The notes beneath the pieces are model-generated. The model made no database searches. It was not told where the DNA came from and worked only from the letters and a program-made list of their open reading frames with translations. The position numbers and the translations under genes are program-made. A stretch of 23,715 bases of DNA from Candidatus Methanomethylicia archaeon (GTDB lineage: Archaea; Thermoproteota; Methanomethylicia; CALHIW01): positions 333 through 24,047 of the forward strand of contig JAWBQF010000037.1 of the NCBI GenBank assembly GCA_038845975.1, in the 5' to 3' direction. Each line of letters starts with the position of its first letter. Position 1 is the stretch's first letter. Below, one piece after another: positions 17,391 through 23,715 of this stretch.

Positions 17391-18233
17391 CTATCCTCCA
17401 AGCATATATACTTCAACCTCAGAAACAATAACAGTAACAACAGTTGGACAACTTGTATTTAAATTATTTAATGATATGGTTTCGCTATATTGATTACTAT
17501 TTATCTGTAATTCTGCATTAATAGTTAATTGACCTGGCTCAAAGCCTAGCTGCTTTACAGTTATGTTTTCACATAATGTCTTAATGTTTAGTATTGTACC
17601 GCTTACTGCTCCTCCAAATTTTAGCTTTATGAGTTTAACTTCAACAATATTTGTTAATTGGAATTGTGGTTCTCCATTCATTATTCCCCAGTTATAGTTT
17701 AATACTCCTAGATATGTTACTCTTATTCTTGCTGGGTCAAGCCATATTTTAGCTCCATCACTCTGCTCTGTGTAGACCCATACTAGTGGTGTTGTGCTCT
17801 CCTTAACTATTATTGATTCCTCCCTCCAGTTCTCCGTTATCTTACTTAATCCTCTTAGGGGTTCGAAGCTTGTTGATGCGTAGCTTCCACCCTGAATCAT
17901 TACTGTCCCTGTTTCTTCATTATTTATTGGAGTCCATGGATTACCATTGGATGGACTTATTGTTAGTGTTATTTTTGCGTATTCGTTTATGTAGTTTGGT
18001 TTTACTGTTCTTAGATTGAATCTTACGTATGTTGATGTTCCTCTTCTGAATGCTACGTCTTCTATTGATTGTGCTAGGTATACTGCTATTTCTTTTGCTT
18101 GGTTGAATTCTGTTTGTTGGTTTTGTATTTCGAATATGTTTGTTACTAGGTATGCTGATGCTGATGATAGTATTAGTATTGCTAGTGCAAGTATTACTGT
18201 TGTTACTGTTATTGATAATGCTTTCCTCCTCAT
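17391..18233 (-). CDS. Minor pilin-like protein (class III signal peptide)
   Basis: MRRKA|LSITVTTVILALAILILSSA; SD GGTGA; begins 4 nt after the platform gene stop. Confidence 0.85.
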   Translation of the reverse strand: MRRKALSITVTTVILALAILILSSASAYLVTNIFEIQNQQTEFNQAKEIAVYLAQSIEDVAFRRGTSTYVRFNLRTVKPNYINEYAKITLTISPSNGNPWTPINNEETGTVMIQGGSYASTSFEPLRGLSKITENWREESIIVKESTTPLVWVYTEQSDGAKIWLDPARIRVTYLGVLNYNWGIMNGEPQFQLTNIVEVKLIKLKFGGAVSGTILNIKTLCENITVKQLGFEPGQLTINAELQINSNQYSETISLNNLNTSCPTVVTVIVSEVEVYMLGG

Positions 18234-18237
18234 TTCC

Positions 18238-20043
18238 TCACCCGAATTGTAGTGATACTGAGAGTAGTGGGGATATTATTATTGTTATTATTGATGTTAA
18301 TAGTAGGATTAATGCATGTTTAAATCCGTTTGCAACTCTTTCCCCGCTTATTTTTCCGGCTACGAGTCCTGTTATGTATGTATGTATTATTAGTGGTGGA
18401 AGCATTATTGTTGCAAACTGGGCGAATGCTATGCTTCTATGAGCTATTGCAAGCGAGGTCCTCATGAATGATAGTAGAACTATTGTGGAGATTATGAATG
18501 TCATAGCTCCAATGTATGGTACTAGTAGTAGTGGTCTTAGAATCATTTTCTTCTCTTTCTCTAGGGCAATTATCATTTCTCCAAATCTTGTAAGTGATTC
18601 TAGGGTTTCAGGAGCTCCTCCTCCAACCTCTATAGCGTCTATTAGTAGGAACATTATTATTCTTGATAGCCATCCCTTAACCTTTCTATGGAATGTTTCA
18701 TAAACCTTTTTGAATGGAGTACCCCAACCAACCTGGTTGCTTATAACTTTTAGATATTTTGAGAATCTACCGTAATCCCTACTTGAAAGATCCATTATGC
18801 AGTGTTCAGGACTCATACCTGTTTTTCTTACTTCAACTAGATCTCTTAGGAAAAGCACTATACCGCTTTCAACTCCTTTAAGCTTTCTTATTTTTACCTG
18901 TTCAATAATAGCTGCAGGTAGGGTTCCTATAGTTAACGCTATTATTGCTCCTACTCCAGCTTCAAATCCTGATTCAAGCTTTAATACGTCGATTGTTAGA
19001 TATCTACAGAATTCTTTTAGGGGGAGGAGTATGGGAATAAATGATGCTATTTCAGGTGCCATGTAGGATACACTCATCCCGATGAATAGAACTACCATTA
19101 TGGGTAGGGATATGAAGAATATATAGTATGATGTCCATTCGCTTTCAGGATATTTAGGCTGCATGACATCTATAAGGTATATGAATGCGAAGGATATCAT
19201 GGGCATTATTATCCACGCAAACATGAAGAAGCTTCCTCCCGTAAATAATGGGACTTGGGCAAATCCTCCTAGAGCCATTGAGACTATGTATATTGTGTAG
19301 AATCCTAATCCTAGAAGTATAGCTATTGCTATGTATACTTCAAGCATTCCACCCATACGTTCCCCAACTATTTTAAGCTTTGAAAGCCTTTCCTGAAACA
19401 TAAGTTCAGTTTTCCTCATTAAGTAGTGGACGACATCCCCGCCACTTCTTAGAGTTGAAGTATAGCCTAGTAGGAGTTCACGGTAGTCTTTTGATGGAAC
19501 ATTGTAGGCCATCTTCTCAATAGCTGATATTGGATCCATACCCATAGCTCTAACCTCAACATCCATTCTCTTAGAGACTTTTGAAAGCTCTTTAAGTAGT
19601 GGAATATTCTTAACTCTCTGTAGGCTTGAGTATGGGCTTATACCGCCAGTAGCCATAACGCTTATGTATGCTGCTAGGAATGGGGTTTCGGTTTCAAGAG
19701 CTGAAGACCTGCTTGCAGCCTTAATCTTGGGTATTAAACCACCTATAATTAGGGTTATGAGGGGGAGTGAGAATATGAGGATAAATGTTGAGTAGGGGAT
19801 GTATTCTAGGATGGTGAGGAGTTCGGGCTGAAGCATCTTTGTTAGGAGTAATGGTATGCCTAGTAAGCTAATAATTAGGGAAATAACAATTATAAAACCT
19901 ACAACTGAAGCATAAGCTTCCTTATATATATTCATTCCGGCAGATCTTAAATCCCTATCTAGGTTGCGGAATACCTTCATAACTATTTTGGAGCTCCATG
20001 GAAATAGGCCGTAAATCAGCCCTACAAGTGAAGTTTTAGCCAA
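18238..20043 (-). CDS. Type II secretion system F-family / TadC-like pilus assembly platform protein with two T2SSF domains (FlaJ/TadC superfamily)
   Basis: Domain 1: ETPFLAAYISVMATGGISP...GMDPISAIEK...LRSGGD. Domain 2: FLRDLVEVRKTGMSP...YGRFS...WGTP...AIEVGGG. Ends with the TM motif GLVAGKISG...GFKH. Confidence 0.95.
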   Translation of the reverse strand: MAKTSLVGLIYGLFPWSSKIVMKVFRNLDRDLRSAGMNIYKEAYASVVGFIIVISLIISLLGIPLLLTKMLQPELLTILEYIPYSTFILIFSLPLITLIIGGLIPKIKAASRSSALETETPFLAAYISVMATGGISPYSSLQRVKNIPLLKELSKVSKRMDVEVRAMGMDPISAIEKMAYNVPSKDYRELLLGYTSTLRSGGDVVHYLMRKTELMFQERLSKLKIVGERMGGMLEVYIAIAILLGLGFYTIYIVSMALGGFAQVPLFTGGSFFMFAWIIMPMISFAFIYLIDVMQPKYPESEWTSYYIFFISLPIMVVLFIGMSVSYMAPEIASFIPILLPLKEFCRYLTIDVLKLESGFEAGVGAIIALTIGTLPAAIIEQVKIRKLKGVESGIVLFLRDLVEVRKTGMSPEHCIMDLSSRDYGRFSKYLKVISNQVGWGTPFKKVYETFHRKVKGWLSRIIMFLLIDAIEVGGGAPETLESLTRFGEMIIALEKEKKMILRPLLLVPYIGAMTFIISTIVLLSFMRTSLAIAHRSIAFAQFATIMLPPLIIHTYITGLVAGKISGERVANGFKHALILLLTSIITIIISPLLSVSLQFG

Positions 20044-20076
20044 ATCAATCCCCTACATAAATGTTGATTACAATAC

Positions 20077-20110
20077 ATATATATAAATCTTGTTAAAGAA
20101 ATGTATTTCA
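20077..20110 (-). promoter_or_regulatory. Platform-gene promoter: TATA box plus palindromic operator
   Basis: TTATATATA begins at 20086, then a 10-nt gap and AGAAAT-GT-ATTTCA (20097-20110). Confidence 0.75.
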
Positions 20111-20367
20111 CATAAACAACATATTACTTTCTATAGTTCTGTATAGCTATCATTAGTGAAACATTAAATCAATAAGAACCGTAATACCGGCTACAGCAAT
20201 TTTACTGAGGAATGAAGTATACTTAAAGCTTAAGCTTCATAACTAGATTTAGCTTAATTAGGATTAATTCTCTTAATCTAGTAGTGGTTAATTTCCAAAT
20301 TTTCAAACAGTCATGTTTTTAAATGGTAATATTTAAAAGGAGTGTTTTATAGTTTATTTAGATTAAA

Positions 20368-21606
20368 TTGATTAGTGAGAGTGTTAAGTGGCTTGAGGCT
20401 AGGTTGGGGGAGGAGGTTAGTAGAGGAGTTTCGCAATCTAGTATTTCGGATTTTATTTATGGATGTTATGCTATATATCTTCATAGTGGAAACCTTACAC
20501 CTTTAATGTTTCTTATAGATGCTTTATCTAGGGATTATTCTTTATGGATTTATGTATCTCTAGATCTTCCACTTAAAGATCCTCAAGCATTCCTATACCT
20601 TTACGAGTTTCTACAGGATGTTAATCCTGAATATGCTAGAAAGCTTAATAGTATTGGTGGTGATTTAAGTTCTCTTATGCTTCCTAACGGTAGGTTTCCA
20701 GGTATTCATGAGAAGCTACTGTATTTAGCTTTAAGGCTTTACGGCTTAGAGGATGTGAGGTTTAAGCCTGCTATTAAGTATTTTAGGGATAGAATATTAA
20801 AGGTGGAAACGTTAAACCTTGAGGAGAAGCTATGGGTTTTAAGAGTTGCATCAATGCTTAAAGACTTAAAGCTATTTAAAATTGAAGTTGCAAGTAGGAT
20901 TATTGAGGAGCAGGATGGGGAGGGTTCATGGGGTAGGGATTTAAATTTAACCATTAATATTGTTGAGGGATTGATTGAGGGAGGTATTAGCTTTAAACAT
21001 TCATCAATCGGGAAGGCTTTAAAATGGGTAATGGAGAAAAAACTTGAAAACAATAGCTGGGAGAATAGTATACTTTTAACATCTAGAATACTAATACTAT
21101 ACAGGAAAACACCTTCAAGTATTCGGAGAACAAGAATACTTACATCATCAACTACTCCAAGCATTACAGAGTATATTTCAAATACTATGTTAGGAACAGG
21201 TTCAGAGCTTATTATTGAAAACCCACCATTAACTGAAGAGTTTAAAAACATTATTAAAGCATTAAAGAGAATAGGTGTTGAAATAAGAATTCTACTAGAT
21301 CCATTATTCATGAATGTTAATCCAAGCATGGAGGAGGATATTAATTACTTAAGGAGTATAGGGGTTAATGTTAGATTTAGCGAGTATGCTAAAACATCAC
21401 TAGTAATTACGGATGGAGAGAAACTACTCCTAATACCTAGTATTCATAGGGAAGATATGTTGAGGGAGGGAATTGTAGGTATTGCGGTTGAAGATGCTGA
21501 AAACGTAGAATATGCTAAAAGAGAATTCTTAAAGATATGGGAGAAAGCAAAAGAAGAACTTACAATACCTGAATGGATTAAAAGAGCAAGAACAGTAAAC
21601 ACATAA
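20368..21606 (+). CDS. Hypothetical protein: alpha-helical QW (prenyltransferase/squalene cyclase-like) repeats fused to a degenerate PLD/TrmB-like C-terminal domain
   Basis: Repeats LMLPNGRF, EEQDGEGSWG and KKLENNSWE. The C-terminal GVEIRILLD...GVNVRFSEYAKTSLVITDGEKLLLIPS...FLKIWEKA follows the PLD-fold pattern but lacks HxK and GSxN. Confidence 0.72.
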   Translation: MISESVKWLEARLGEEVSRGVSQSSISDFIYGCYAIYLHSGNLTPLMFLIDALSRDYSLWIYVSLDLPLKDPQAFLYLYEFLQDVNPEYARKLNSIGGDLSSLMLPNGRFPGIHEKLLYLALRLYGLEDVRFKPAIKYFRDRILKVETLNLEEKLWVLRVASMLKDLKLFKIEVASRIIEEQDGEGSWGRDLNLTINIVEGLIEGGISFKHSSIGKALKWVMEKKLENNSWENSILLTSRILILYRKTPSSIRRTRILTSSTTPSITEYISNTMLGTGSELIIENPPLTEEFKNIIKALKRIGVEIRILLDPLFMNVNPSMEEDINYLRSIGVNVRFSEYAKTSLVITDGEKLLLIPSIHREDMLREGIVGIAVEDAENVEYAKREFLKIWEKAKEELTIPEWIKRARTVNT

Positions 21607-22500
21607 AATCAATTGAAACCATAACATCTTACTCCATCTACATTAAGCAATACATTAATTATTAACTCTACATAATAAGCTCATAGCTTAATTTCTAGAT
21701 ACTCTAATGTATTTGATTTAAGTATATTGATGTAAAATATCCTATAAACTTTATTTGAGTTTATCCTACTTACAATGATGGTATAATTAGGTTTCCAGAA
21801 GAGAATTTATCTATTCTAGTTGTTATGGTGTTTATATGTTTTATTAGGTTCTTCATGAACTTCTTAGACATATTAAGTCCTAATATAGTCATAAACCTAC
21901 TCCTAACAGTTTAGGTTAAGCCTCTATTGATTCATATCGCTACAGAATGTTAAAATTATCTTATGAGGTATTTATCTGTTAAATACATTAAATAGGCTAC
22001 TATACTATTTTAAACCGCTATTAGTAATCCCAGTGTTGACTACTATAATACTAAGAGTTTATTAACTAGTTAATTATGGGTGGAATCTAGTATTTCTATA
22101 ATTATTATGCTGAAACTCATCTGTTTAGAAACTTACTATGTTTAACAATAGATGATTTTGAAGCAAGCTTATAAACACTTCTTAATGGTTAATCGTTAAA
22201 GTAGAGTTTCTATAATAAATAGTCAAGATACATAAAATAACGTAGCCAATACTCAGTAACTCTAATAGTCATACTGAAATACTACAATATGCTACATATT
22301 TCTAAAGTATTTAGGTGAATTAGCCTATACTTGTTAATGAAGAGCTAAGTATTATAAGCTTCATGTAACAAGTATTTTAGGAGTATGTAGTATCATAAAC
22401 CATATATTAAACAAGTAGTGAATATATGGAAATTCATAAGACTCAATAATATAATTAAAAACTATAACTAAATTTAGGGAGTTATAGGATTCTGAAATTG

Positions 22501-22926
22501 TTAAGTCATTTTAATTAGTATTTTTACAGGTATTCCATCAATGATTTGTACTAGATATGATGCAACCCCTACCTCTTCACTTGAAGTTAGTAGTGGCTCT
22601 ATGGCTTTACGTACTTTCTGAAGTGCTGTAAGTTTATCTTGAAGTACTCGAACAACATCTTCAATAGTAGATAACTCCTCAGAAGGCCTAGCGCCAACAA
22701 CAATTTTAAGACCTGCAAGCTCAAACTCCGCTGTAGTAGTTGTTGGACGTTTACCTGTAAGTTTAAGTATTGTTTCTTCAAACTTCTTTATCTTCTCAGC
22801 CTTCTCCCTAAGATCCTCTATCATTTTTAAGTATCCACCAAGCATCTCTCTAACAATACTTATCTGATTATCAATATCCTTCACTAAATCAGATATGGAA
22901 GAATAAGTTTTAACTTCAAGAGCCAA
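22501..22926 (-). CDS. Conserved-looking small archaeal coiled-coil protein (possibly arcadin-like; unverified)
   Basis: Two coiled-coil helices separated by GLKIVVG, with a C-terminal DGIPVKILI hairpin. SD GAGGTGG favours TTG 22926 over GTG 22938. BRE/TATA GAAAAG-A-TTTATATT at 22976-22962. Confidence 0.8.
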   Translation of the reverse strand: MALEVKTYSSISDLVKDIDNQISIVREMLGGYLKMIEDLREKAEKIKKFEETILKLTGKRPTTTTAEFELAGLKIVVGARPSEELSTIEDVVRVLQDKLTALQKVRKAIEPLLTSSEEVGVASYLVQIIDGIPVKILIKMT

Positions 22927-23299
22927 ACCATTATCCACCTCAATATAAAATTGTAATCATCAATATAAATCTTTTCATTGAAGAAATGACTTTGTTAACT
23001 TAAGAATGTTTATTACCCTATTTTGGTTTGTATTTCTATGAATTCAGCTTCTATCTTTTCATTAATCCATGTTTCATTTAGTAAATATACTATTGATTAT
23101 AAGAATTAATACATACTCATTATCACATTTATTCTTCTACATGGTATGTAATTATCAAGTATTTTAGTTTTATTCTTAACTGTATTATTTTCTCCATTAA
23201 TTCTAACTTTAAATTATATAATTTATGTTTAATTAATATTCTGCATGATACTTCATAATATGAGCTTCATTATAATACAATTATATTAACTGTAGATAG

Positions 23300-23430
23300 A
23301 GCTTTGTGGCTTAATATTCATTTCTCGTAATCTATATCATTAAATACTATGGTTATAGGAATGTTTATTAAGCTTTTTCGTACTTTATGTAAACTTGAAT
23401 TTTCGAATTTCAGAATTAAGCCACAAAGCA
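23300..23430. mobile_element. MITE-like element, 131 bp
   Basis: Perfect 15-bp inverted repeats GCTTTGTGGCTTAAT (23301-23315) and ATTAAGCCACAAAGC (23415-23429). Flanked by the 7-bp direct repeat TAGATAG (23293-23299, 23431-23437). No ORF inside. Confidence 0.6.
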
Positions 23431-23715
23431 TAGATAGCTTTAATCTTTTAATGTTAGTGATGTAAGCATGTTTAAAACATCACAAACCCATACATACAGA
23501 ATCCTCATTAGTAATGGCTTAAAAGCAACGTAAACAATCTTCCACATAGAAACTATAATTACAATAGTACCATTAACCATAAAATCTAACCATCCTATCA
23601 AATTCAAATAGCCTAAGATCTAAACCATAGCATAGATACATAACTCCTAACAATAAAGCTTAAAATATCTGAAGCCATCCTAGATGAGCGTGAATTATAT
23701 AATTTAAAGTTAGAT

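Noticed and set aside
16272-22781. ORFs 16272..16460, 16422..16607, 17019..17291, 17813..18019, 18016..18252, 18140..18442, 18464..18703, 18797..19066, 20739..21329, 22599..22781
   Set aside because: Shadow ORFs overlapping stronger genes, favoured by the skewed codon usage.

Overview
AT-rich archaeal DNA, probably from a thermophilic TACK/Thermoproteota lineage (inferred from TATA/BRE promoters, leaderless starts, GGTGA/GAGGTG Shine-Dalgarno motifs and archaeal class III signal peptides). Most of the window is a dispersed type IV pilus locus. It has three paralogous major-type pilins (<1..281 +, which the ORF track missed; 5044..5466 -; 10889..11335 -). Two GT-C membrane glycosyltransferases and a SAM methyltransferase sit between the first two pilins. 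A two-domain TadC/T2SS-F platform gene is followed by five minor pilin-like genes, with no ATPase or prepilin peptidase in the window. Accessory genes are two tandem-repeat coiled-coil proteins, a membrane-anchored wHTH, an ACT-V4R protein, a QW-repeat/degenerate PLD fusion and a small coiled-coil protein. Main signals read from the DNA: (i) a palindrome TGAAAT-N2-ATTTCA exactly 10 bp upstream of the TATA box at three pilus promoters, with tandem half-sites at a fourth, suggesting a pilus regulon; (ii) a 34/35-bp inverted identity block and mosaicism between the pilins flanking the glycosylation cassette; (iii) two pilin-like genes lacking the prepilin leader; (iv) probable ATT and CTG start codons; (v) a 131-bp MITE-like element. 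Coding density is only about 68% by my ORF sum. I saw no rRNA, tRNA or CRISPR array.
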